32,000 nt of DNA from Coprobacillaceae bacterium (GCA_963675515.1 OY776328.1:2070001-2102000), one strand, 5' to 3'. Numbered from the stretch's first letter, positions 17,364 through 29,618 are shown. Made by a program: numbers and translations. Notes: generated by a model not told the origin, from the sequence alone.

Positions 17364-17788
17364 TCTAATTTCTTCCTCTCGAGTTTTATTATAATAAATA
17401 CAGCAAATATCTCAGCTAAAAACTCGGCTCCAATGTCAATCAAATCGAATGTCCCTTTAACAAAAGAAGTCAATTGAAGCAGTTCCATGGCCAGCGAAAA
17501 AGAAAAAGCCAATAGAAATATCTTAACCAAGTTTGCTGCATTATTACCAAAAATAAAGTACAAAGCCATAACCAAAGCATATGCCCAAATCATATCTAGA
17601 AAATAATACCTGGCAAATGAAAATAAAATATTTTCGGGTATTGTAATAGAAACAGTGGAAGAGCGACCAAACAATCTATCTAATATACGGACAAAATAGG
17701 CATCGGGTACTAAAAAATAATAAAACAAAGCCCCAAATGACAAAGGTAGTACAATATTAGCAATTACAAGAATGTTCTTTTTAATCAT
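17360..17788 (-). CDS. small membrane protein, possibly VanZ-like/DUF2809-like
   Basis: 142 aa, 4 hydrophobic segments. The C-terminal 'ELLQLTSFVKGTFDLIDIGAEFLAEIF' resembles the VanZ/DUF2809 'E..Q...GtFD..D' pattern; I am recalling that pattern and have not verified it. The SD is unusually distant. Confidence 0.6.
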   Translation of the reverse strand: MIKKNILVIANIVLPLSFGALFYYFLVPDAYFVRILDRLFGRSSTVSITIPENILFSFARYYFLDMIWAYALVMALYFIFGNNAANLVKIFLLAFSFSLAMELLQLTSFVKGTFDLIDIGAEFLAEIFAVFIIIKLERKKLE

Positions 17789-18312
17789 AAAAATTTTCTA
17801 TTGCACTCCTAACATCCCTGATAACTCAAGAATTATATTTTGATTTTCATTTACACATTATTATAACTATACATTAATTGCAGTGTAAAATGTTACGTAC
17901 AAGTATCTTCAAGTTAAATTATAACACATTATACAACCTATTCAAACATATTTACCAAATTTTAATGATGTGTTTGATAAGTTTGATTATTAGCAGCGTT
18001 AAGAATTTAAATCACAACCAAAACTCCTAGCAAGCAATAATAATATTTCAGAAAAATGTATTAATATTTGATCTTATTGTTGAATATTGGTTTGAAAACT
18101 CATAGTGACTACATTGTCATCCTAATCAAGTACGCTTGACTTTACAATTATATCAATTTACTTTTCGACCAAGTTTCTGGTATAACAAACAAGAAGGCCA
18201 TATTGAGATATCGGCATATTTGACAGGATAATATTAAAGGTTTGGATGATCAATAACCTATCAATGAATAGTTTGTGAATGGTTATTTATTTTGATGTAG
18301 GCTTAAAAACTT

Positions 18313-18738
18313 ATGGTAGCATTTCTTGCAAAAGATCATTCAGCCACAAATCAGGATGAAAATACAGTAAATAGCAAACGGGTACTGGTTGATCGCAAAA
18401 TGAAATTATGTAAGGAATTCTAAGAAGTTGTAGTCGACGTATTCACATTTGGGGACAAAGAACATGGAGAAACTGTCAACAATGGCGATGGTGATTTCCT
18501 TACTGCCGATACTCTTTGGGATTTTAAAGTATCGAAATGAAACCCTACAATCAAACACACATTACGACTGCTTATGTATTGGATAACGGGACAGCATTCC
18601 CAAAAAGAGGAATTCAAAGGCATAGCGAAGATTGGAATGTTTGACCATCGTTTGAAAACAGTTCACCTTCTGGATATTGGTGTCATTTCACCAGCTATGA
18701 TTGAAACAGTTGAAGACGATGTGATCTGTTATCTATAA
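18313..18738 (+). pseudogene. relic ORF: 142-codon frame interrupted by two in-frame stops
   Basis: One frame runs from ATG 18313 to TAA 18736-18738, with stops only at TAA 18421-18423 and TGA 18538-18540. This is unusual for such AT-rich DNA. A palindromic terminator follows immediately. No family recognised. Confidence 0.3.
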
Positions 18739-18747
18739 GCAACAATA

Positions 18748-18770
18748 GAGCGTGCAAAATTTGCACGCTC
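18748..18770. terminator. palindromic hairpin terminator (relic ORF on the plus strand and/or bgl operon on the minus strand)
   Basis: gagcgtgcaaa-a-tttgcacgctc is an 11-bp palindrome whose central bases must open into a loop. The flanks are T-rich on both strands. It lies about 130 nt beyond the bglH stop. Confidence 0.55.
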
Positions 18771-18898
18771 ATTACTATTCCTTTTCGTGTCAGGCAACAG
18801 TTTCGACAATTTAATCTATATCACAACTTACCTACGCCATAACAATTGAGGATACGTTTCTTGAATCCAAACTGACCGACCAATGTCACTTATTCAGG

Positions 18899-20329
<1,431 letters not shown>

Positions 20330-22201
20330 CTATTTGTAAACCGTAATAAGTTCTTCGTTTTGGTTTATATTCGACCTGTCTGTCTCAATGATATCCAGGA
20401 AATTGTTGCAGTTGGTAACGACAATCGGTGTTGTGATATCGTATCCTGCTCCAATAATTTCACCCAAATTGAAACTGATGATTTTGTCACCTGCAGCTAC
20501 TTTTTGTCCGTCATTTACATGCGATTCGAAATATTTTCCTTCCAATTCGACTGTATCCAACCCGATATGAATAATCACTTCGACACCATCATTGCTTGTC
20601 ATACCAATTGCATGTTTGGTAGGGAAAACAGTATTGATAACTCCATCGAAAGGTGCGACAACTTCACCGCTTGACGGTACGACAGCGATACCCGAACCCA
20701 TAATTTTTTTTGAGAACACTTCATCGTCAACTTCTTCCAGTTTCTTTAGTTCGCCAGTCATCGGGGCGAATATTGCCGCCACGTTCTTCACTTCGTTAAG
20801 TGAAGCGGTTCTAGTTCTAGGCAATTGCGTAGATTCGACGTTTTCAGTTGGCTCATCTTCTTTTAGACCAAATATAACGGTGAAGACAAAAGACATAATA
20901 AACGAGATTACGATTGCGATTGCGGCATTAACGACATTTGACAAATCATCGGTGATATAGACAGGAAGCGCAGTCAAACCTGCAGATGCACTTGCATAGG
21001 TGCGCATATTGGTAAGTCCGGCCCATAACCCAGCCAGACCACCACTCAACATTACCGCAAATAATGGGCGTTTCAATTTCATGGTTACACCATATAAAGC
21101 CGGTTCAGTGATTCCGAACAATGCTGTGGTTCCTGCAGAAATAGCTGTCGATCTCAACTCTTTGTTTTTAGTTCTTAATGCAACCCCGAAACATGCACCT
21201 GCTTGCGAGATGTTGCTCACTAACATACCTGGGCCAAGCAGTGTCCCATATCCCAAGCTTGCATATTGGGCCAATTGAACTGGAACGAAACTGTAATGCA
21301 TCCCGGTCATGACAAACAATGGACATAATCCTCCCATAAGAACCGGAATAACCCAACGTGCTTCGTTGTTTAAGAAATCAAAAACATAATACAGTACACC
21401 GCCGACCATCGATCCAAGCGGACCAATCACGATCAGTGCCAATGGAGCCACAACCATGAATGTGATCAACGGCACCAAGAAGATCTTGACTGCATTCGGG
21501 CTGATCTTCTTCGCAAATCTTTCAATATACGACTGCACCATAACGATCAATATCGGTGGCACTACCGCACTACCATAAGACACTGCTTTTATCGGAAGTC
21601 CGATAAAGCTGATTGGTTCACCTGTGGCAAGCAAAGAAGAGAAAGTCGGGTGAATCAAAATACCGCCCAGAACCGCTGCCACATAAGGATTACAGTTGAA
21701 TTTTTTTGCACTAGAAAACGCCAAAATTAGCGGCAAGAAATAGAATGCAGCATCGGCAAACATGTTAAGTAAAACATAAGTCTGTGAAGCGTTGGTAACG
21801 AGCTTGAACGTCACCAATAATGCAAGAACCGCCTTGATCATCCCGGCCCCACAGATTGCAGGAATTACCGGTTGGAAGATTTCAGTAATCGCTCCAAGCA
21901 CCTTATTGATAACAGTCGTATCCTTGTCTGATGCACTTGTATTGGAATCACTGAAATTCCCCATTTTCTTGATTTCATCACAGACGTAAGACACGTCAGC
22001 TCCAATGATAACCTGATATTGACCACCTTTGTAGACAACACCTTGGACCCCTTTGATCATTTTGATGTTATCCTCGTTCGCCAGTTTCACGTCTTTAAGG
22101 TTGAATCTCAACCTTGTCATGCAATTTGTTACCGAGGCGATATTTTCAACACCGCCTATTTCCTTGACCACCTGTCTGGCGATCTCTTCATGCTTATTCA
22201 T
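20330..22201 (-). CDS. bglP: PTS beta-glucoside-specific EIIBCA component
   Basis: 623 aa. EIIB Cys motif 'NCMTRLRF', a multi-TM EIIC core, and a C-terminal EIIA-Glc motif 'VIIHIGLDTVELEG'. SD AGGAGGAG. Confidence 0.9.
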   Translation of the reverse strand: MNKHEEIARQVVKEIGGVENIASVTNCMTRLRFNLKDVKLANEDNIKMIKGVQGVVYKGGQYQVIIGADVSYVCDEIKKMGNFSDSNTSASDKDTTVINKVLGAITEIFQPVIPAICGAGMIKAVLALLVTFKLVTNASQTYVLLNMFADAAFYFLPLILAFSSAKKFNCNPYVAAVLGGILIHPTFSSLLATGEPISFIGLPIKAVSYGSAVVPPILIVMVQSYIERFAKKISPNAVKIFLVPLITFMVVAPLALIVIGPLGSMVGGVLYYVFDFLNNEARWVIPVLMGGLCPLFVMTGMHYSFVPVQLAQYASLGYGTLLGPGMLVSNISQAGACFGVALRTKNKELRSTAISAGTTALFGITEPALYGVTMKLKRPLFAVMLSGGLAGLWAGLTNMRTYASASAGLTALPVYITDDLSNVVNAAIAIVISFIMSFVFTVIFGLKEDEPTENVESTQLPRTRTASLNEVKNVAAIFAPMTGELKKLEEVDDEVFSKKIMGSGIAVVPSSGEVVAPFDGVINTVFPTKHAIGMTSNDGVEVIIHIGLDTVELEGKYFESHVNDGQKVAAGDKIISFNLGEIIGAGYDITTPIVVTNCNNFLDIIETDRSNINQNEELITVYK

Positions 22202-22261
22202 TTAAGCTCCTCCTGTATAATAATTATATGTTCCTCTGATTGAATCAGTAAAAACCAAAAT

Positions 22262-22333
22262 AAAAACCCGACAAAAATAACGCGAAAAAACGCGGTAAAT
22301 TGTCAGGTCTCGCCTGCCGAGCAGTTACAATCC
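22262..22333 (-). promoter_or_regulatory. RAT (ribonucleic antiterminator) overlapping an intrinsic terminator, bglP leader
   Basis: The minus strand reads GGATTGTAACTGCTCGGCAGGCGAGACCT (22333 to 22305), close to the Bacillus RAT consensus GGATTGTTACTG..GCAGGCAAAACCT. Its 3' end overlaps the stem CCTGACAA (22307-22300) / TTGTCGGG (22274-22267), which is followed by TTTTT. It begins 6 nt after the licT stop. Confidence 0.8.
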
Positions 22334-22338
22334 TGTAG

Positions 22339-23184
22339 TCAGTTATTCACTTTTCTATTGCAGACACGATTTATATGCAAGATAAAATAAACCATTTCGT
22401 CCATTGTCAATTTTATATTGCAGTACTCTTCGATATAACGTTTTATTTTTAAAGCACACTGGTAAGCTTCAGGATACCTGCTGCTCACTTGCTCGTAAAG
22501 GATTGAATCCGTATAACAATTAATCTCATTGGAGAAAAGTCTCCGTGCAAAAAATCTTATATGAGTCACAAACCTGGTGTAATTCAATGACTGTTCATCA
22601 AGACTTATCTGGAAATGGTATTCAACAATATGCAAAATATTATCGACCATCCTGGTTACCTTGATTGTCTGTTCGATTTCTTCACCTTCTTGCTGGGCAT
22701 TCACTATATGCATCGCAATATATCCAGCCTCGTCCTCATCCATCGACATCTTGGTCTCATAGTAGATGATTTCCAGAGCCTTTAGTCCCAGTTCGAATTC
22801 CTTGGGATGGAACTTCTTGATTTCCCAGAGAAGGATATTCTTGAGTTTTTGATTGTTCTGATACCTGCGGATGGCATAGGCGATGTGATCGGTCAGCGCA
22901 ATGAAAATATTGGGATCAAATTCATTTTCAAATTCACCTTGAGCCATTTCGATTATGTTGGCAGACAACTCGACGTATTGCAATGGAATCTCATCGAAAA
23001 GCTGCTCGAATTTCTTATTGAGTTTCGAAGCATCGAAAACGAACTTTTTTTCAATCAAGTTAGCTTCTACAAGATCTCCGATTTTTTTCTTAAAGGCAAT
23101 CCCCTTGCCCATAAGTATCATTTCATTTTTCTGGGAATCTTCAGCAAGTAAAGCATTATTGTTAAACATTTTTTTAATCAGCAC
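22339..23184 (-). CDS. licT: BglG/LicT-family PRD-containing transcription antiterminator
   Basis: CAT domain 'LIKKMFNNNALLAEDSQKNEMILMGKGIAFKKKIGD' followed by two PRD-like halves. I start it at GTG 23184 (GGAGGtggatgtGTG). The track's GTG 23208 lies inside the leader terminator. Confidence 0.9.
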   Translation of the reverse strand: MLIKKMFNNNALLAEDSQKNEMILMGKGIAFKKKIGDLVEANLIEKKFVFDASKLNKKFEQLFDEIPLQYVELSANIIEMAQGEFENEFDPNIFIALTDHIAYAIRRYQNNQKLKNILLWEIKKFHPKEFELGLKALEIIYYETKMSMDEDEAGYIAMHIVNAQQEGEEIEQTIKVTRMVDNILHIVEYHFQISLDEQSLNYTRFVTHIRFFARRLFSNEINCYTDSILYEQVSSRYPEAYQCALKIKRYIEEYCNIKLTMDEMVYFILHINRVCNRKVNN

Positions 23185-23198
23185 ACATCCACCTCCAA

Positions 23199-23290
23199 TA
23201 AAAAACACCTATCCACCACACAAAAATGTCAAAGCAAGTTCAACATAGATTATGTGATGTTAGGTGTTGCCTGCCGAGCAGTTACAATCC
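23199..23290 (-). promoter_or_regulatory. second RAT/terminator, licT leader
   Basis: GGATTGTAACTGCTCGGCAGGCAACACCTA (23290 to 23261) overlaps a long imperfect hairpin, AACACCTA-A-CATCACA ... TGTGGTG-GA-TAGGTGTT. A T-run follows, then GGAGG (23196-23192). The 22-nt core gcctgccgagcagttacaatcc is identical to the bglP copy. Confidence 0.75.
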
Positions 23291-23304
23291 GAACTTATAC
23301 ATCA

Positions 23305-23332
23305 ATGATAGCACTATCAGTTAAAAAGTCAA
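23305..23332 (-). promoter_or_regulatory. candidate sigma-A promoter of licT
   Basis: Minus strand: TTGACT (23332-23327), 16-nt spacer, TATCAT (23310-23305). The RAT starts about 14 nt downstream. Confidence 0.55.
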
Positions 23333-23621
23333 CCACAAATTCGATAATTACAGCCAAGAATTTTTTTAACGAAATTGCACAACTGTAAATACATTGATAT
23401 ATTCGTTCTTTTTTGTGACATCAATTTTGACGCCGGCAATTTCATATTTTGAAAGCGAAGTTTAACTTTTGTTATATTACTTAATGACAATCCCGGATTA
23501 GAAGGAAAACCGATCAATCAGAATAGTCCATTTACTGCATAAGCAACATTATCTATTCATTTCAATATAAGTTACTTGGTTACGCTAGTTAGATTGGCAT
23601 CAGTCGTTGAGCATTCTTACT
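23305..23621. repeat. left copy of the 317-bp direct repeat flanking the IS
   Basis: Compared base by base with 25628-25944 (offset 2323): identical over all 317 bp. Identity stops on both sides exactly at the IS inverted repeats. Confidence 0.95.
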
Positions 23622-23782
23622 CCTGAGTTTGACACCTGGACATACATAATCTTACATAATTTTAGTCGTTTTCCCTTGATGGAATGCGTCTTTTTTATTA
23701 CCAAAAAATGTCAATACTTTGTACTTTTTGTGTTATGTAATGTTCTGCAATGTGGTATAATTGGCTAGAGGGGCTGATTTCT

Positions 23783-25552
23783 ATGTTTCTAAAGAAAGCA
23801 AAGTACAAGAATGGAAGGGTTTATTTATCGATTGTTGAAGGTTTCCGAGTTGATGGCAAGGTCAAACAACGGACTATCCAAAAATTAGGGTTCCTTGACG
23901 AGTTATCAGGTCAATACGATGACCCTATCGCTCACTTCACTCAAATGGCCCAAGATATGACCGAGAAAGTCAATGCCGATTCTGTAACAACTATTGAGAT
24001 TAATTCAGCCGATACCATCGATGATGGCAACAACCTTTATAATGTGGGTTATGGTATTCTCAAATCAATTTACAGCGATACGAAATTAACCGATTTCTTC
24101 AAGACTAAGAACAGAAAGCACAATGTGGAATATAACTTCAATAAAATATTCCAGCTGTTGGTATATTCTCGAATCCTATACCCGTCTTCCAAACGGGAGA
24201 CATTTGAAAACAGGACTTCCTTTTTCGAATCGTTTGACAACTTCTCATTAAAGGACATGTACAAATCCCTTGATTTCTACAGCAAGTTCAAGGAAGAAAT
24301 TGAAGCATGGCTCTGGCACAACACTAGGGACAGTTACAAGCGAGATGCCTCACAGGCCTTCTATGACTGCACCAATTACTATTTCGAGATCGCATTCAAT
24401 GACGAAGACCTGATTGACGAAGAAGGGAACATCATCGAAAAGGGCTATCGAAAAAGAGGTCCTGAAAAAAACAAAAGGCCCGATCCGATTATCGAGATGG
24501 GACTGTTGATGGATTCAAATGGTATTCCGCTAGCGTATGACCTATTCCCAGGTAACGAATCAGAGAAGACCTCTTTAAGACCGATCGTAAAAAGAACCAA
24601 AGCACAATTCGGAATAAATCGCACAATTATCGTGGCTGACAGAGGGCTTAACACTTCCGACAACATCTATTTCCTTGCCGGCAAAAATGACGATAAATCC
24701 AGAAATATGGACGGCTACGTTTATGGCCAGTCAATCAGGGGTGCCGATAAGGAATTCAAGAAGTGGGCACTGGATCCAGAAGGATTCGAAGCTAATCTTC
24801 TAAAGGAAAACGGGAAGGAAATAGCTTTTATTCATAAATCAAGATTGTACGGTAAGAAAATAAGATTGATACGGGACGGTAAACGAGATTCGGAGTACAC
24901 GATCTACCAAAAACAAATGGTTTACTATTCAGCCAAATACGCCAGAAAACAAAAACGGGAACGGGACTTGCTCATTGCCAAAGCACAAGATCTGATCAAA
25001 GCGCCTGGAAAATATACCAAGGCTACAAGTTACGGAGCCGCTGCATACGTTCAAGATATCGAATTTGACAAAAATACCGGCGAAGTCAAAACAAAAAAGA
25101 AGCTACAATTGGACGAAAAGAAAATAAATGAAGACGCCAAATATGATGGCTATTATTCAATAGTCACTAGCGAAAAAAACCTAGAGGACATCGAAATAAG
25201 AAATATATACCGTGGCCTGATTAAGATAGAAGACACATTCAGGGTATCGAAAACAAATTTCGAGTCACGTCCGGTTTACGTATGGACCGCTGAACACATT
25301 GAAGCTCACTTCCTCACATGCTTCGTGGCCCTTGTGCTCATAAGATTATTAGAAAAGAGATTACAAAGCAAATACAGCGTCGGGTCAATGATTGAGTCAC
25401 TGAAAAATTATAATTGCGTAAACATCGATAAAAACATTTATCAATTCCTATACCGAGATGAGGTAATAAAGCACATCGAACAGGAATTCGGCATTGATTT
25501 GAGCAAAAAATACAAAACCAGAGAAGAAATTAAAAAATTTTTAAAGTACTAG
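23783..25552 (+). CDS. IS1634-family DDE transposase
   Basis: The N-terminus 'MFLKKAKYKNGRVYLSIVEGFRVDGKVKQRTIQKLGF' is typical of the family. 'IIVADRGLNT' carries the second Asp, and 'YRGLIKIEDTFRVSK' is the Y-R-E-K box. ATG 23783 is preferred over the track's 23750. Confidence 0.85.
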   Translation: MFLKKAKYKNGRVYLSIVEGFRVDGKVKQRTIQKLGFLDELSGQYDDPIAHFTQMAQDMTEKVNADSVTTIEINSADTIDDGNNLYNVGYGILKSIYSDTKLTDFFKTKNRKHNVEYNFNKIFQLLVYSRILYPSSKRETFENRTSFFESFDNFSLKDMYKSLDFYSKFKEEIEAWLWHNTRDSYKRDASQAFYDCTNYYFEIAFNDEDLIDEEGNIIEKGYRKRGPEKNKRPDPIIEMGLLMDSNGIPLAYDLFPGNESEKTSLRPIVKRTKAQFGINRTIIVADRGLNTSDNIYFLAGKNDDKSRNMDGYVYGQSIRGADKEFKKWALDPEGFEANLLKENGKEIAFIHKSRLYGKKIRLIRDGKRDSEYTIYQKQMVYYSAKYARKQKRERDLLIAKAQDLIKAPGKYTKATSYGAAAYVQDIEFDKNTGEVKTKKKLQLDEKKINEDAKYDGYYSIVTSEKNLEDIEIRNIYRGLIKIEDTFRVSKTNFESRPVYVWTAEHIEAHFLTCFVALVLIRLLEKRLQSKYSVGSMIESLKNYNCVNIDKNIYQFLYRDEVIKHIEQEFGIDLSKKYKTREEIKKFLKY

Positions 25553-25570
25553 GTATTACACAACACGGAG

Positions 25571-25612
25571 AAATGCGAAAACCCTCGAATATATCGATGG
25601 TTTTCGCATTTT
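25571..25612 (+). terminator. hairpin terminator of the transposase gene inside the IS right end
   Basis: aaatgcgaaaacc (25571-25583) / ggttttcgcattt (25599-25611): a 13-bp perfect stem with a T-rich 3' side. Confidence 0.6.
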
Positions 25613-25627
25613 GGTGTCAAACTCGAG

Positions 25628-25922
25628 ATGATAGCACTATCAGTTAAAAAGTCAACCACAAATTCGATAATTACAGCCAAGAATTTTTTTAACGAAATTG
25701 CACAACTGTAAATACATTGATATATTCGTTCTTTTTTGTGACATCAATTTTGACGCCGGCAATTTCATATTTTGAAAGCGAAGTTTAACTTTTGTTATAT
25801 TACTTAATGACAATCCCGGATTAGAAGGAAAACCGATCAATCAGAATAGTCCATTTACTGCATAAGCAACATTATCTATTCATTTCAATATAAGTTACTT
25901 GGTTACGCTAGTTAGATTGGCA

Positions 25923-25944
<22 letters not shown>
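25628..25944. repeat. right copy of the 317-bp direct repeat
   Basis: Identical to 23305-23621. It includes the last 22 nt of the EIIB gene (25923-25944) and a second copy of the licT promoter boxes (25628-25655). Confidence 0.95.
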
Positions 25945-27723
<1,779 letters not shown>

Positions 27724-27727
27724 TTAC

Positions 27728-29074
27728 TTAAATAGCTTTTGCGGTTTCCAGTGTTTCAATCTCTTCGTTTTGGGCTTCCTGTTCTTTGGCCACAAGAGTT
27801 TTTTCATAAGTCTTGAAGAATGGATACCAGATTCCGATTTGGACTATGATTAGGAAATATTCGAAGGCGCTGTTTACCCAGCTGCCTGTCGCAATGAAGT
27901 TTTGGATACCTAAAGGCAACATGGTCCAGATTACGACATGCCACACATCCAAAATACCCAAAGCCTGCAGGCTATATCCCAGGATCCCACAGGCTGCAGG
28001 AACCAAAAGGAATGGTATCGCCAGGATCGGATTCAAGACAATAGGTACCCCGAAAATGATTGGTTCGTTGATTCCAAAGAAGTTTGGCACGATCGCCAGC
28101 TTGCTGATGGTTTTCAATTGAGCTGATTTGGAGCGCATCATCAGGATACATAAGCCAAGGGTACAACCCGTACCTCCAATAGACATCCAGAAAAGAAGCA
28201 TTGTCGGATACAGAACCAGGTTGCCACCATTGAGATAAGCTTCGGCATTTGCCATCATGTTCATCATCAAAACCGGCATCAAGGCTGTGTAGACAACACT
28301 GGTACCATGAATTCCAAACAACCACAGCAGATTCCCAAAAAGGACGATCATTATAACTGTGAATGGATTGATTGCAACGTTAAACAATGGATTAAGGATG
28401 CTGGTTAGGAAATCCGGCAGGATGCACCCGGCGTAGTTTTGGCAAAGCAGGCTTAACGTGTACCAGATTGCCAGGTTGAATGCCGCTGGAATGATTGCGG
28501 TAAAAGGTACAGCGACCTCCGCGGGAACCGAACTAGGCAATTTGATGACCCAGCCCCTGTCTTTGACAAAACGGTTCACTTCAACCGATAGCAGACCGAT
28601 AAGCATTGCGGCAAACAACCCGCTTGATCCCAGGGCCGCTCCAGGCAATACGCTCGTTCCATCAATTTTTGTCATCGGTGAGGCTACAAGCAAAAACATA
28701 ACTGCTGCGACTATCGAATTGCTTATCGCATCCATCTGATATGTCTTGGCCAGTTTGTATGAGATACCCATAACGGCAACAAGACCGAAAATTCCGACTG
28801 TCATATTGTAAGGCGTCATGATCACATCATAATACTTGTTCGCAAAATTGAACCAGCCACTTAGAAGCGACCACACCCCACCTCGGGCAAGCAATTCCTC
28901 GGTTACCGGCGGGTTGGCGATAATGTTGATGAATGCCGCCAACAAGGTGATTGGAGTTGTCATGATGATTCCTGCGGAAATGGCAGATAAGTGCCTTTGA
29001 GATCCGATTTTTTGGCCAACTGGACCAAGAATCCGTTGCAGCTTTTCTACAAAATTTTCTTTTTCTCTTGTCAT
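27728..29074 (-). CDS. PTS lactose/cellobiose-family EIIC permease
   Basis: 448 aa, about 10 TM. It starts with the family-typical 'FVEKLQRILGPVGQKIGSQRHLSAI'. SD AAAGGAGAG. Confidence 0.9.
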   Translation of the reverse strand: MTREKENFVEKLQRILGPVGQKIGSQRHLSAISAGIIMTTPITLLAAFINIIANPPVTEELLARGGVWSLLSGWFNFANKYYDVIMTPYNMTVGIFGLVAVMGISYKLAKTYQMDAISNSIVAAVMFLLVASPMTKIDGTSVLPGAALGSSGLFAAMLIGLLSVEVNRFVKDRGWVIKLPSSVPAEVAVPFTAIIPAAFNLAIWYTLSLLCQNYAGCILPDFLTSILNPLFNVAINPFTVIMIVLFGNLLWLFGIHGTSVVYTALMPVLMMNMMANAEAYLNGGNLVLYPTMLLFWMSIGGTGCTLGLCILMMRSKSAQLKTISKLAIVPNFFGINEPIIFGVPIVLNPILAIPFLLVPAACGILGYSLQALGILDVWHVVIWTMLPLGIQNFIATGSWVNSAFEYFLIIVQIGIWYPFFKTYEKTLVAKEQEAQNEEIETLETAKAI

Positions 29075-29105
29075 TTTATTCTCTCCTTTTGGTATTTTTA
29101 TTGCT

Positions 29106-29585
29106 TTATGCTTTTGGACAAATCATTATTTCATAGGCATTGTCCCGGCTTACTTTGGCCTTGGCAAATTCATGCCTCAACTGCAAGTAATTTTCAAGTT
29201 TGGCTGAAGTATCCGACTTTTCAAAGGTTCCATTGTCTTTCCAATGGGCCTTACCTTCGTTGCAGTCACGTAAAATCTCATGGATTACAGCGCAGCCCCG
29301 TTCGAGATAAGTCTTGCTTGCCAATAGAAACAGTTCTTCATCCTTGTTAGCAGCAAGCTCTTTTTGATGATTGAAGAATTTATCTATATTCTTTTGCGAA
29401 TTGTAAACCTTCATCAGACTCACTGCCACATTGTCGACATTGCGGTAGTCATCTTTTCTGATTATGCCGGTGTACATATTGTAATATAGATCGAAATTTT
29501 CAAAGAACCCCTCTTCCAGTCTTCTGATATTTTTGAATTCAATCCCGGAATTTGGTTTTTTCTTTTTCCCAAATATTTTAAACAT
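29106..29585 (-). CDS. hypothetical soluble protein (159 aa), first gene of the cellobiose-type PTS operon
   Basis: I start it at ATG 29585 (AGGAAAAGAGataacATG). The track's TTG 29687 start would run through the promoter and into the upstream terminator. Charged, no TM segments, no family recognised. Confidence 0.6.
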   Translation of the reverse strand: MFKIFGKKKKPNSGIEFKNIRRLEEGFFENFDLYYNMYTGIIRKDDYRNVDNVAVSLMKVYNSQKNIDKFFNHQKELAANKDEELFLLASKTYLERGCAVIHEILRDCNEGKAHWKDNGTFEKSDTSAKLENYLQLRHEFAKAKVSRDNAYEIMICPKA

Positions 29586-29618
29586 GTTATCTCTTTTCCT
29601 GCTTGATGCTATGGTTTC

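Larger units (their letters stand above)
23622..25627 (+). mobile_element. IS1634-like (IS4 superfamily) insertion sequence, about 2.0 kb
   Basis: Terminal inverted repeats cctgagtttgacacc (23622-23636) and ggtgtcaaactcgag (25613-25627) match at 13 of 15 positions. There is a single DDE transposase gene, and the element is flanked by the 317-bp direct repeat. Confidence 0.85.

Noticed and set aside
18538-18540. The in-frame TGA in the relic ORF as possible selenocysteine or other recoding
   Set aside because: The same frame also contains an in-frame TAA. I see no SECIS-like hairpin directly downstream of the TGA. Nonsense decay is the simpler explanation.
18420-18623. 67-aa minus-strand ORF in the AT-rich gap
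   Set aside because: It is antisense to the longer plus-strand relic frame. It has no SD, and its Ser/Thr/Cys-rich translation is unconvincing.
23449-23463. cre-like string TTGAAAGCGAAGTTT inside the duplicated block
   Set aside because: It misses the conserved C of the right half-site. It also lies about 120 nt upstream of the licT -35 box, which is not a typical repressing position.
23329-23517. Identical 62-aa minus-strand ORFs at 23329-23517 and 25652-25840
   Set aside because: They are identical only because they sit inside the 317-bp duplicated block. There is no SD and the sequence is not protein-like. The region is better explained as an intergenic, promoter-bearing spacer.
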